Part shown: positions 39,828 through 52,506 of the stretch, piece by piece
Numbering within the stretch: position 1 is the first letter of the stretch
Layout of the letters: each line of letters opens with the position of its first letter
Assembly (NCBI GenBank): GCA_028534125.1
Contig: CM052816.1
Location: 86,430,001-86,494,000, forward strand
Source: Lama glama
Taxonomy: Eukaryota
Reading direction: 5' to 3'
Length of the DNA stretch: 64,000 bases
Made by a program: the position numbers and the translations under genes
The notes under the pieces: generated by a model
Databases searched by the model: none
Seen by the model: the letters and a program-made list of their open reading frames with translations, nothing else
Told to the model about the DNA's origin: nothing

Positions 39828-39921
39828 GGGGGAGGGAAGTGGGTATAGATCATTGGTAGAGCAAATGCTTACCATGCACAAGGTCCTGGGTTCAATTCCC
39901 AGTACTTCCATTTAAAAAAAC
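39828..39921 (+). mobile_element. tRNA-Ala-derived SINE (camelid vic-1 type)
   Basis: ggtatagatcattggtagagc..gcttaccatgcacaaggtcctgggttcaattcccagtac with an A tail; A/B boxes visible; aaaataaattt repeated on both sides as a TSD. Confidence 0.8.
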
Positions 39922-40189
39922 AAAATAAATTTCTCAAGTAAAGAAACAAAATTTTACTTTAAAGAGAATGCAATCCCTGTAATATTTCTACAGGCAATTA
40001 AATGAAAATTTTTGTTAATTTAAGTAATCTAAAGAGCAAAAATCAAACATACTTAGATAAATATCTAAGTCTATAATTTTTGCATAATTGAAGGATTTTG
40101 TCTTCAATTTTTATTTGTCTAGGCTACAGATCAGTGTTCCTATTCTGATTAAGACTAAATTTTATGTGATATTAAAAAGACAGCATGTT

Positions 40190-40435
40190 ACAAATGAATT
40201 TATTTACAAAACAGAAACAGGCTCACAGACATAGAAAACGGATTTATGGTTACCAAAGGCAAAAAGGTGGGGAGGCATAAATTAGGAGTATGAGATTAAA
40301 AGATACACACTACTGTATATAAAATAGATAAACCACAAGGATTTACTATACAGCACAGGGAACTATATTCAATTTTGTAATAACCTATAATGGAGAAGAA
40401 GTTTAAAAAGACGTATCTATACTTTAATAAAAAAG
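40190..40435 (+). mobile_element. Cetartiodactyl L1 3'UTR fragment
   Basis: tacaaatgaatttatttacaaaacagaaacag..cacagacatagaaaac..tatacagcacagggaactatattcaa; homologous to 46925-47130. Confidence 0.8.
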
Positions 40436-40934
40436 GAAGACATGATGATGATGTCTAAGTTATAATATATGTTTCATCAAAACTTAGAAAATCTACACAT
40501 TGTTTTTATAGTTCTTATTAGACAAAAAAAAAAACCCAAAAACTTAAAAGCATAATCTCTTAATGCAAATAATCAAACTGTGATCCTAGTATAAAAAAAT
40601 ATACTAAGTGGTAGGTACAATTAGAGAAAAACTTACAATCTTTGTGTTTTACAAATCCATGCTCTGTCCTTCCTATGGCTAAGCCTCTCCCTTCAAGGTA
40701 AGAATTCCATGACAGGCAGGGGACATTCTCATCTGGAACCCACACATCCCTTTCCAGACCATCCTCAGAGTACCTAGGGACCCATTATTCCCTGTCCGAA
40801 CATCCTTGAACTTGGTTCTAGGACCTGGAGCGTCTCTTCTCCAGGTCAGTCTCCAAAAGGCCAGATTCACCATTGTTGCATGCACCCCTAATCCTGAAAG
40901 CTGGCCAAGTGGGCATCTGTTAAAAAATGATATA

Positions 40935-41155
40935 CCATCAGCCCTCCATATCTGTGGGCTCCGCATCTGCAGATGCAGCCTTAGATGGTAAGTATAGTGC
41001 ACAATCCAGGGCTGGATGAATCCACAGGTGCTGAACTCACGGATACTGGGGGCCACCCGCCCAACGCCATTTTATATAAGAGAATCAAGCATCCTCAGGT
41101 TGTGGTATACCTCCGGGTCCTGGAACCAATGCCTGCAGATACCATGGGGCGACTG
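40935..41155. mobile_element. MER2/MER2B-like Tigger (TcMar) MITE
   Basis: Degenerate terminal inverted repeats (cagccctccatatctg ... cagataccatggggcgactg) flanked by TA at 40933-40934 and 41156-41157. Confidence 0.75.
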
Positions 41156-42058
41156 TAGGTGGAGTTTGCCTATGACACATGGGCTCCTGGCCAAGCATTA
41201 GCACTGGTGTGGGGTGTGCGCTAGGCTGAGATGTCCACACGAATGCATGCAAAGCTCTCTGACGTGGTGGTTTGATGCTGGAAGATTCGTGTTGTGGGCA
41301 CAGACAAGGAGGCGGGAGACAGGCTTGCCCTGCGTTGTCTCGTGTCTTCACAGAACTTGTCATTTACAATTGTTAACAAGATCAGTTTGACAAGGTAGGA
41401 GGCTAGATAGAGCATATTATATTTATTGATTTATATCTTTAAAATATATAGACAGGCGTTATATAGACATATTTGTTCTCTTGTTCTGAGCCCCACATAT
41501 ATCTGTGGGGCAGTTGCTGTCTTATGTATGAATCGAAGAATGATGGATTGGGCTTCTAACATAGAGGCCATGTCTCTCACAACTTTGCTTGTCTTACAGT
41601 TCTTAGGATCTCACATATTCCAGCAGAAATACAGCCAAGGATAAGTTTATAGCAGATAAACTTCCTGCATAATATGAGAGTAAAAGAATCTTCCACTCAC
41701 AGAAAGAGATGAGAGAAGCGATGTTTACATCCCATATCAAGACTGATGACTTATGTCTTTGTCAGGAGCTGTTTGCTTATGGAAATGGTTATTCACCAAG
41801 CAAAGCAAAGTAAAGAGCTGTGTTGGTTTATTTTTACTACTTTTTTTCTATTTAGAATAAAAGTCACACTGGTAAAAAGCTAGGCCTATTGTTTAAAGTA
41901 CATGGACGAGCAGGATCATCCTTATTGAGCTGTCATCTCAAGAACTAAGATAACTGACCCTATTATTCAATGATGGGTCTTGGGAGACCTTCTTTGAGTT
42001 CTTTCCGCACTGTGTACCTTTAGACGTTATCATGGACATGCTTTTTTATTTCCCCTAG

Positions 42059-42353
42059 CTCCATTCAGACCAAGATAAAGGAGATGGATCCCTCAAATAT
42101 ATTTTATCTGGAGATGGAGCTGGTACTCTTTTTATTATTGATGAAAAAACAGGTGACATTCATGCCACAAGAAGAATTGATAGGGAAGAAAAGGCCTTTT
42201 ATACCCTACGTGCACAAGCTATTAACAGAAGAACTTTGAGGCCAGTAGAACCAGAGTCTGAATTTGTGATCAAAATCCATGATATCAATGACAATGAACC
42301 AACGTTCCCAGAGGAAATTTATACAGCAAGTGTTCCAGAAATGTCTGTCGTAG
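42059..42353 (+). CDS. CDH10: Cadherin-10 coding exon (EC1 into EC2), 295 bp, phase 0 to 1
   Basis: tttatttcccctag|CTC...GTAG|gtaagt. Translates [98 protein letters not shown], matching CDH10 as recalled rather than CDH6/7/9. Confidence 0.96.
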
Positions 42354-43881
42354 GTAAGTTCACTTACAACATTTATGACGGTATTCAAAATGTATAAAAA
42401 ATAATTATTAAGAAATATTTAAAATATGATCAATTATTGAAATCAATTATTGAAATTTGATTACCTGCTAAGAGTATATATTTCATTTTGTGAATTACAA
42501 ATGAGTCAGAAAAAAAGATTAATGCATTTTTCACTTCCTTTGGATTTGTACATTTTTACAATACAGTAAGTAGACACTTTCTTCAAAAATCCCAAAATAT
42601 ACCATTGAACTTCAGTAGAAACCTATGGAAATACAAATTATTGTCACATGGATTTGGAGCACAGCTGTGTAAAACTGTGACTCTAAATATATTATAAGTA
42701 CACTTAGAACACCATAAACGTTATATAGAGTCATATATAATCTAATCATAATGTGCCTAAGGAGTTTGTCTGTATTATATAGACAATATGAACAATGAAA
42801 TGAATTAGATTATCTAATTACTTCATATTAAATATTTTAAAACATCCTTTCATTATAATCATTATATATAAAACTCTACTGATATAAATCTCTTATTCAA
42901 ATAAACCAGTTGAAATCAACAGCTAATCATAAACTGATACAGAATTACAGTTCGATTGCAGAAGCTGCAAAAAAGAAAGCATGAAGAAACTAGAAGTATA
43001 ACATTCGAGAAAATAGAATTCCCTTTTCAATGTAAATAAACAGAAATTGTAATTGCAGACAAAGAAAGTTAAGACTGCTTTCATTTTTTCGTTAAATAGA
43101 GAACCATGGAAAATTAAACACTGAGAACAGTGATAACACTTTTAGAGATATATATTTGGATTTAGTAGAATAGATTCATTTCTCAAAAGTGGGAGAAGTA
43201 TAAATGGGTGAAAAAATTCTGATACATTTCTCCCTTGTAACAGTTATAATAACAAATTTTCAACTGTGTTTCTCAAAAGCATTGTTCTGGGATTGTTATT
43301 TAATATTTACTTCACTAAATCCCAAAGACTTTTGGCAATCAGCTTAATATAAAGCCCTTTTATATATTTTGAACTTTATTAAATAGCTTTTAATAGTTCA
43401 TGGGACATGGGATCATCTTGGATTGTTTCTAAATTTAGAATTTAATCTATTCATAAAATTGTATTCTAGAGCAGATGTTAATTATTTTTATAGTTAATTA
43501 GTGGAGAGGGGAAAGGAGAGCCTACTTACTCCTTTGTGATTAGATATGCCCTTTACACGAAACAAATCTATTATGTGAAAATGAGTTTAAACATCAAACC
43601 TGAGGGTTTGTAAAGCGACTGCACTGATGATAATCAGATACACTGTAGCATTATCTATAGCATGCATAAAAATACACCTACTGGCCAAGTAAAATAAGTT
43701 GCTGAATTCAAAGTTCACCTATAATAACTCTACATATATGATTTTCATCTAAATTATACATAAATGTTTCTGTAAGAGGTCATTATTAAAGCCAAAAATC
43801 ATTCAAGTCTTCCATGAAAACCAGTGCTTTTGCTCCTCCTTCTGGTACTGTGCAGAACTAAGCTGAATTTGGATACTTCAG

Positions 43882-44001
43882 GTACTTCTGTGGTGCAAGT
43901 CACAGCTACAGATGCCGATGACCCTTCCTATGGGAACAGCGCCAGAGTCATTTACAGCATACTTCAAGGGCAGCCATATTTCTCTGTGGAGCCTGAAACA
44001 G
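43882..44001 (+). CDS. CDH10: Cadherin-10 coding exon (EC2), 120 bp, phase 1 to 1
   Basis: cttcag|GT...ACAG|gtcagg. Translates (G)[39 protein letters not shown], in frame with the previous exon. Confidence 0.96.
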
Positions 44002-44425
44002 GTCAGGAATCATGAATCAGTGTTTGTTAATAGTCTTTATGATTTTTATAAGTTAAAAAAAGTGGGACAATAATGACAAAATCCTAACATGAATACTCCA
44101 GAAGACTAATGATGCCCAGTGAAAGATTAAAGAACTCAAAGTTGGTTGATTGAGGGAGCTAATGGAAATATATCTGCTTTTATATTTTTATATCTGGATG
44201 TAGGTCCCTAGACCATACATACGATATTTTTTAGGAAATAGAAAAACAGCACAAATTGTAAAATATTTACATCGAATCATTTTTACAATTTCTAGATTAT
44301 AAAAAGTAATATCAAAAACATTTTGTCTTTCAAAAATCACTACTTTAGATATACAATTTGTGCTTAATCAATTAGTAGTAGAGATTTTTTAATGAGCATA
44401 ATAAAGGTTTTACGTCTTCTTCAAG

Positions 44426-44593
44426 GTATCATCAGGACCGCTTTACCAAACATGAACCGAGAGAACAGGGAGCAATACCAAGTAGTAATCCAGGCCAAAG
44501 ACATGGGCGGCCAGATGGGAGGCTTGTCGGGGACCACCACAGTGAACATCACGCTGACAGACGTCAATGACAATCCACCGCGTTTCCCCCAAA
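44426..44593 (+). CDS. CDH10: Cadherin-10 coding exon (EC2 end), 168 bp, phase 1 to 1
   Basis: cttcttcaag|GT...CAAA|gtaagc. Translates (G)[55 protein letters not shown] with the DxNDNxP calcium-binding motif. Confidence 0.96.
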
Positions 44594-46226
44594 GTAAGCT
44601 GCCTTTAATGGTCTTTCTGCAGGGCAAAAGCTTTAGAGTTAAAAAAGAAAAAAAAGAAAGAAATGGAGAAAAAAGCAATTGCCATTCATTTAATTTAAAA
44701 CAGATCAAAATGTGTTACAAGAATGGGGAAAAGGGATATAAAGACCGATGAATTCACTGTTGTTAAAAGAGAAAACTTTTCTATTTCAGACATAGTTCAT
44801 TCAGCGGCAGAGGGATCTATGACCACAGAACCTCTCCATATAGGTATATACGCTACACCTAGGATTGTCATCTAAGAATTCTTTCAGTTAGCAAAGGAAA
44901 TAATGTTTTTTAACTAAGCTAAATTTCTACTTATTTCTGCTTAGAATTTAATGAGGATTCTAATTTAAGAGTAAAATTTTTCAGTAAAATATCTGATTTG
45001 TCATATTATAAAGGACTTGGCCAGAAAGAACTACATAGGGGGAACCTTACAGACTATCAGACTACTATTTAATATCACTGTCAGTCTTATATGTAATATC
45101 TGTGTTGGAATGGCAATCATACTAAAACATTTTGTATTCCTGGTTTATAGATTTATTGTGTGTTTTAGAATGAATCCTTCACATTCTCAGAATAGATCAT
45201 TAGGAATCATTAGTTTATGACATTACATTTATTTAGTCTCCTTTTTTAATATGAATTTAGTAGACGCGCAGCTAGAGAGGATGGTATTAGGTCTCAATGA
45301 ACTTACTGCCAAGACCCAGCCAATTTCCTGCTAATCTAAAAGAGCCTTTATTTCAAAATGGAATTTCATGTTGTTAGGAAATGTGGCATAAAACACAGTC
45401 TTTAGTATGATCTATGTCTTTAATTTTTAATATTTGCTGCATATTAACTTCTAAATTGATCTCCCAATTTTAGTTTGTTTTCTGCCTTAAATAACTTTGT
45501 GATAAAGTATTAAAAGGTAAAAAGCAATAATTTTTTTCATGATATTTATGTCTTTCCGGTAAAGACTATTACACAGAAGGAATTATGGTCTAAGAATTCA
45601 CTGTATTATTGTGACTCTTTAAAAGCATTTCACTTCTTTTCTTATACTAGTTTAATCTAACTTTGATTATTAATAGGGTGTGATTTTAATTGAATTGTTT
45701 AAAATCATGTGTGTGGAAAGATTATAAAATTCAGAGAAAATACTCTTGAGCAGATTAATCATAAGTTTATGTATTTGTGATGATTTTCTGTTAGATATTT
45801 AAGGTATAGGCCCTTCAGGACTGTTATTTTGGTGCTCGGTCTAAAACCCAGAGAAAAGGGTGTTTGCTTATGCTGTATTCAAATAATCAGGTTTCAGCTT
45901 CATGTTGCCTTTAGCATTGTCAGGGAAAAGTAAATCAAGAATAAATCTGTATAGTTCTATTAAAACAGGGCTAAAGATATGCCTAGTGAAATAAAATTTA
46001 AATTTCACATTTTATATGTATTCCTGACCACCTCTTAGCATGAATCTGCAAATCCAGGAGAATGAATGTGCAAATCCAGGAGAAGAAACAATAACTAATT
46101 GCATAGTCACAATAAGCAAAAGTATTTGTGAAACAATGTATTTCATAAGTAATAAATGACCATTAAGAGGATTATTACAGTTCGAATTCTCAAGAGCATA
46201 TATACACGTGTCCAAAATACCCTCCA

Positions 46227-47143
46227 CGACAAGGGCTTCATTTCTAAAATATATAAACAGCTCATATAGCTTAGTAACAACAACAAAAACAGCCCAATCC
46301 AAAAACAGGCAGAAGACCTAAACAAGCAGTTCTCCAATGAAGACATACAAATGGCCAACAGGCACATGAACAAATGCTCAATAGCACTAATTATCAGAGA
46401 AATGCAAATCAAAACTACAATGAGATACCTCACACCAGTCAGAATGGTCATCATTAAAAATTTCACGAACAATAAATGCTGGAGAGGGTGTGGAGAAAGG
46501 GGAACTCTCCTACACTGTTGGTGGGAGTGTAGTTTGGTGCAGCCATTATGGAGAATAGTATAGATATTCCTCAAAAAACTAAAAATAGACTTACCATATG
46601 ATTCAGCAATCTCACTCCTGGATGTATATCTGGCGGAAACTCGAATTCAAAATGTACATTCACCCCAATGTTAATAGCAGCACCTTTATACAATAGCCAA
46701 GACATGGAAACAACCTAAATGTCCACTGACAGATGACTGAATAAAGAAGATGTAGTATATTTATACAATGGAATACTACTCAACCGTAAAAATATAAAAT
46801 AATGCCATTTGCAGCAGCATGCATGGACTTGGAGATCATCATTCTAAGTGAAGTAAGCCAGAAAGAGAGAGAAAAATACACATGATATCACTAATATGTG
46901 GAACCTAAAAAAAAAAAATTATGAATGAACTTATTTACAAGACAGAAACAAACTAACAGACATAGGAAACAAATTTATGGTTACCAGAGGAGAAAGGGGA
47001 TGGAAAGAGATAAATTGCGAGTTTGAGATTTGCAGATACTAATATGTATAAAATAGGTATACAACAAGTTTCTTCTGTATAGCACAGGGAACTATATTCA
47101 ATATCTTGTAGTAACCTATAATGAAAAAGAATATGAAGCCAAA
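46227..47143 (+). mobile_element. Relatively young 5'-truncated L1 (ORF2 C-terminus and 3'UTR)
   Basis: [70 protein letters not shown]. Imperfect TSD aaaataccctcca (46214-46226) and aaaatacagtcca (47144-47156). Confidence 0.92.
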
Positions 47144-48017
47144 AAAATACAGTCCATTTAAAAATTATGCATTCAATAAGCAAATTAATAGACTCTAATT
47201 AAATGGGAAAATCTACATTTAAAAGATGATAATATCCAATGAAAATTCTTTCTACCATTTTTTTTCTATTATAACACCTTTATTAACTCATTCCCTATTT
47301 TCTTGTCTATTGTTAAGACAGAATTTGTGGTTGAGATCTGGTAGGTACATTACACAAGCCTGACATAATAACAGTAATAATAATAATAAAATAATTAATG
47401 ATAATAATAATGGAAACAGATTTTCTTAATGACATTTTTATCCCACCCTGTACCAAGTTATTTATTGGCCTACTTTATTTTACCACAACAACTCATCAAG
47501 GTCTGTAGTATGATTTCCATTCTACAAATGAGAAAACGAGGGTTATAGACGTTGAGGCCAAACTGCAAGTAATGGCAGAGGTGGTTTGAAATCCATGTCC
47601 AACTCCAGATGTGCAACACAATACTTTAAGTGAAGTTTTAGAGCATCCTGTATCTTGTCTCATTATTTTTTAATTATAGATGGAAACATAATTTATGGAT
47701 TTTAATTTTCTCAATTATCTTTTCTGCTGTGAATATTTGCAATCATTTCTTACTGTTGGGAACACTCAGTCCTGGCAATTAAAATGTTACTTGATAGTCT
47801 AAGTCATCTAACATGCAGAAAACTAGTTTTTAACTTCTCATATCATTTCATAAATAGCCAAGGTTTGAAGGGAGTTCCACAGCTGATGAAGACTTTCATA
47901 TGTAACACATTATTGAAACTCACAACCAACCTCTATAGACTCATTGCTATTATTATTATGCCCAATATACAGAAGAAGTAAAGGAGGTTCAGAGTGGAAA
48001 TAGTAGACAGAACAAAC

Positions 48018-48350
48018 CAGTGCTGCCTAGTAGAAACAAAATGTAAACCAAAAATATGTGCTACAAGTGTAATTTTAAATTTTCTATCAGCCATATTAAA
48101 AAATTAAAATAAGCAGGAGACATTTATTTTAATTACATAGTTTAACCCAATATTATCCTTTAAACATATTGTCAGTATAAAATTTATTTAGATGTTTTAC
48201 ATTCTTCTTTCCCGTAATTCTTTGAAACATCCTCTTTCATCAAGTATTTTCCAGTTATTTCAAGGCTCAAGTCAGACTAATGACATTTCCAGTCAATAAC
48301 TGCATGAGAATTAGAGGCTTGGCTAGTGGCCACCATATGGGACAGCTCAG
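48018..48350. mobile_element. MER33/MER3-like hAT-Charlie MITE
   Basis: cagtgctgcctagtagaaac...aattttaaattttctatcagccatatt...ggctagtggccaccatatgggacagc. Confidence 0.7.
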
Positions 48351-48803
48351 GAGCAGACTGTGGAGGCATCCTCATGAGCTTCAATGCTGTCTTCTTCACT
48401 CAGTAGCTTTTTCACCTTGGTCAATTAAACTGACCTCTTAACAGAAAGCTACCATTTCAGTGCCACTCAGTATGACTGGATGGCAGTCCATACTCCAGGG
48501 AGTGATGTAAGACTAAACAGTTTGAGGTACATGAAGCACTTAACTCAGTGGATGGCACTAGTGTATTTATGTGCTCAATAATATTGACCTGTGCAAGTAC
48601 TGCTCTGTTATTATTGTTATTCAGTGTTCTAAAAGTAGGGTCAAAACTTAAAACTTTCATGCAGATTGATCCAAATTCAACATTTCCCACTATGGTCCAT
48701 CTCTGGAAGATAAAAATCTCAGTCATTTGGAAGGGACACAGACAGACGAAAACCCACGTATCCTCCTCCATTGTTTAGCTTATTTTATTGTGTGGATCCA
48801 TAA

Positions 48804-49004
48804 CAGCCATTCTCAATTAGGGACAGCTCTGTTCCCCAGAGGACATTTAGCGATGTCTTAAGACATGTCCGTTTGTCTCAACTGGTGGGTACTACTGGCA
48901 TCTAGTGGGTATAAGCTAAGAACACTTCTAAACTTCCCTGCGATTCACATGACAAAGAATTACCTGACCCAAAATGTCATCCATGGCCAGGCTGAGAAAC
49001 TTTG
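48804..49004. mobile_element. MER20 hAT-Charlie MITE
   Basis: ttctcaa...ccccagaggacattt...tactactggcatctagtgggta...acaaagaattacctgacccaaaatgtca...ggctgagaaac. Confidence 0.8.
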
Positions 49005-52000
49005 ATATTATGTGATGATCCATTCAAGTGAAATCAGAAATTCATTTATCTAAAATATCTGAGAACAGCATTGTGCCAAACAGTATTTTAAAAACTAGAT
49101 ATATGAATATTGCAAGAACAAAAAAGTTACGTGATTTTTGTCCCCATGACCTTTCATTGAAGCAGGGGAGGCAAAATATACGTAAGAAAAAAATACTATA
49201 CAGATAAGGATATGTTATACTATACTATACTATAAATACTATACAGATATACAGTTCTGGATAAAAAGAGGAACATGAGTGTTCCAAGGGGGAGGATAAG
49301 GGAAGGTCTTGCTCAACAGGTGATATCTCATCCAAACACTGCAAGATGGAATAGACCCAGCCATACAGAGAGATGGGAAAATCCTTCAAGCAGAGGTAAC
49401 AGCATGAGGGAAACCCTGAATTGGAAGTTTGGAAGTTGAACGGTGCTGAATGGAAGTTGAATGTCAAGAAAAGAAGACCAGCATGGTTGAATCATACCAA
49501 ACGACGAGGAGATTGGATGGAGATTAGATCAGAGAGCCCAATACTCACAGGAACATTGAAGATGGTGAATTATTATTGCAATGAACAAACTCATAACTGT
49601 GTGCCTGATCTAAGTGATCATTATGGTCTTGTGGTTTTTGAGGTATATAAACATGTGAACATTAATAGAACATGTGCACCTCAGTGTGATTCTAAAAGAG
49701 AGACAATGGGTTAGAAGGTTTTTGCACCTGAAAACTGAGTTCCAAAAATATTTTAGGTTCTTTTGCTTCCGATATTAAATTGCATTTTTACTACCAAAAC
49801 TGTTGAAATTATTTCAGAATTCTGTGTTCTTTTAAGTGATTGAGTTTAATTTTAAAAACCATTAGAGTAGAAAAAAATCTATTGCTCACCTTCCAGTGAT
49901 AGGCACTGTGTTTGCATTTAAGAACACGAAGATTAAGAAGTCTTGACTCCTGATTACAAGTGGCTTACTGTCTAGCAGGGGAGAGAATATTTAGTACGAA
50001 ATGATGAGTGTGATGGAACCGATGTACGGAATGTAGCAGGTGTGAAGAAGAAGGAGCACTTTTCCAAATATGGGGGAGGGGGGTTGAGTGCATCCTTTAC
50101 AGTGGAAGATTTTTTGGAGGATGTATCTCTTGATCTAAATCCTTTCTTAAACTGCTACAAGCCATAAGGTTAGGAAAAGAAGGAGAATTCATGAAGTTGA
50201 AAGTTAACCAAATCACCCCTTTATGAAAGGGAAAATTCTGTGAAGATAAAAAAGCAAACGGGAAAGGACGTGCTTCAAAGAGGTGGTGAGGATAATCGTT
50301 AGTCATGAAATAATAGATGACTGTAATGTTTGCTTTTCTGTATTTTCTATTTTCTGTCTATTTTTGTAACTTGACAATGCTTAGAAAACCAGAATAACAA
50401 AGAACAGAAAGGACAAAAATGACAATTGCTTTGAAGAAGTCAAATGAAATGAGTGTTGAATAGCAGCTATTGGAATTTACATAATGGGGGGTAATAGTAG
50501 GTAATCTTTCCCGATTGGTTTTAGTAGAAATCATTTCCGAGAAGCTGGAGGGTAGTAAACTGAGGAATTAAAAAAAGGTAGGAAGAGGATCAGAGAAATA
50601 ATGCCTGCACTTTAAGAAGCAGAAGTGAACAAGGAAATAAAGTAGAAAAGGAATATGTTGTAATAGTTGGAAACAAATCCTGGATTAAGGGTGTTCAGCA
50701 GATAATTTTTGAGAGCCTCCTTTATCCCAGGCTCTAAGTAGGAACTGGGGCTACAATGGCCAACCAAGGACCTGAGCTGCTGGTTGATGGTGCAGAAATG
50801 TAAGTGATGATGCCCTGCACAGATGATGTCTGACTGTGGAGCACATACATGAAGGACACAGGATAAAGGACTAGAAGATGGCAGGGTGGGGCTTTAGGAA
50901 GGATGATAGGGGAGCTCCTCTGAGGAGGCCTGAATAATTTCAAAAGTTGAAAATGCATAAAAGGAGGCAACTTCTCTAGATCTCAGTTTCTGCATTTAGT
51001 GTTAGAATTAAGAAATAAGTGGCATATATAAAACATAGTAACTGTGACATACAAAGCTTCTCCATATATATGGACTTTCCTCACCTTCCTTCTTCCTTCT
51101 CAAGCATTATGTCCAATGTTTCTGATCTTACTGTTTTTCTTGCTCTGATGCTATGCTGCTATTCATTCACGGCCAACCCAAGATTAAATAAAAGTGCCTT
51201 AAGCCTGGAAAGACCTATAACCTCAGCGACCACTACAAAATGAATGTACTTCCCTTGTATGAACAAATGAGCACTGCCACGAGTGAGGCCTCCAGACCAA
51301 ATGTTCCTGCTCTGCGAGCACTCAAGTGCTCTGTGGTCCTTGAATGTTACTGTGTTTTATTGTGCTGACATAGACAAGCATTATACTTCCCCACCTAAAA
51401 TCTAACACCCGGGTATTCATGCCTGAAAGTTTTAGTTTCTTTTACCCCATGTACTTCCTTCTTTCCTTAAAATCAGAAAAACAAAATAGGCTCATGGAAA
51501 AGATCTGTGAAAAAATTAAACTGCTGGAACCTGATTATTGTCGGGCTTGGCATAAACACCCAGGACAATGGGATTGGTGCCCACGTGGCCTTTGTTTTAA
51601 AAGCATCTCTGGGAAAATAGTATGAGACTGATTTTCATCTAAGACCAGAGTCAGCGATTTAGGGATAGCTGATCAGCAGATACGAGGCTACTCCCGGCAT
51701 CTTTGCCTTAATGCAACAGAGAATGTTGTAGAGTTAAGACTCTCAAATCCATTCCAAAAAAAGAAAGAAAGACAAAAGGAAAGTTAGACATCAGACAGGA
51801 AGGGATGGGCAGCGGCAAGGAAGGTCCAGGCCTTGAGAAAAAGCCGTTATGCAGATGGTCAGGGTTCCAGCCAACCAGCTGGTGCCTTCGACTTGGCTCT
51901 GGTATTTGGATGGGACAGTATTTCACTAGGACTCAAGAAGAAGGAAGGAAAATAAGCATCTGAGATCAGGCAAAAATTCCAGCCCACAAAAGAGCCAATT

Positions 52001-52006
52001 CTAGGA

Positions 52007-52506
52007 NNNNNNNNNNNNNNNNNNNNNNNNNNNNNNNNNNNNNNNNNNNNNNNNNNNNNNNNNNNNNNNNNNNNNNNNNNNNNNNNNNNNNNNNNNNNNN
52101 NNNNNNNNNNNNNNNNNNNNNNNNNNNNNNNNNNNNNNNNNNNNNNNNNNNNNNNNNNNNNNNNNNNNNNNNNNNNNNNNNNNNNNNNNNNNNNNNNNNN
52201 NNNNNNNNNNNNNNNNNNNNNNNNNNNNNNNNNNNNNNNNNNNNNNNNNNNNNNNNNNNNNNNNNNNNNNNNNNNNNNNNNNNNNNNNNNNNNNNNNNNN
52301 NNNNNNNNNNNNNNNNNNNNNNNNNNNNNNNNNNNNNNNNNNNNNNNNNNNNNNNNNNNNNNNNNNNNNNNNNNNNNNNNNNNNNNNNNNNNNNNNNNNN
52401 NNNNNNNNNNNNNNNNNNNNNNNNNNNNNNNNNNNNNNNNNNNNNNNNNNNNNNNNNNNNNNNNNNNNNNNNNNNNNNNNNNNNNNNNNNNNNNNNNNNN
52501 NNNNNN
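52007..52506. other. Assembly gap (500 N)
   Basis: Run of exactly 500 N. Confidence 0.99.

Noticed and set aside
42059..44593. Assignment to CDH6, CDH7 or CDH9
   Set aside because: Diagnostic residues ([45 protein letters not shown]) fit CDH10 as recalled.
44392..44751. 119-aa ORF taken as a standalone protein
   Set aside because: It is the 168-bp CDH10 exon plus open intronic flanks; splice sites delimit the true coding part.
46040..46085. 22-bp tandem duplication atgaat(c/g)tgcaaatccaggaga (also a 13-bp one near 42430)
   Set aside because: Two adjacent copies with no spacers: ordinary slippage duplication, not a CRISPR-like array.
51316..51331. Small hairpins (gagcac-tcaa-gtgctc; also gattccccag..ctgggaatc near 55686)
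   Set aside because: Stems too short to exceed chance in 64 kb; no ncRNA context.
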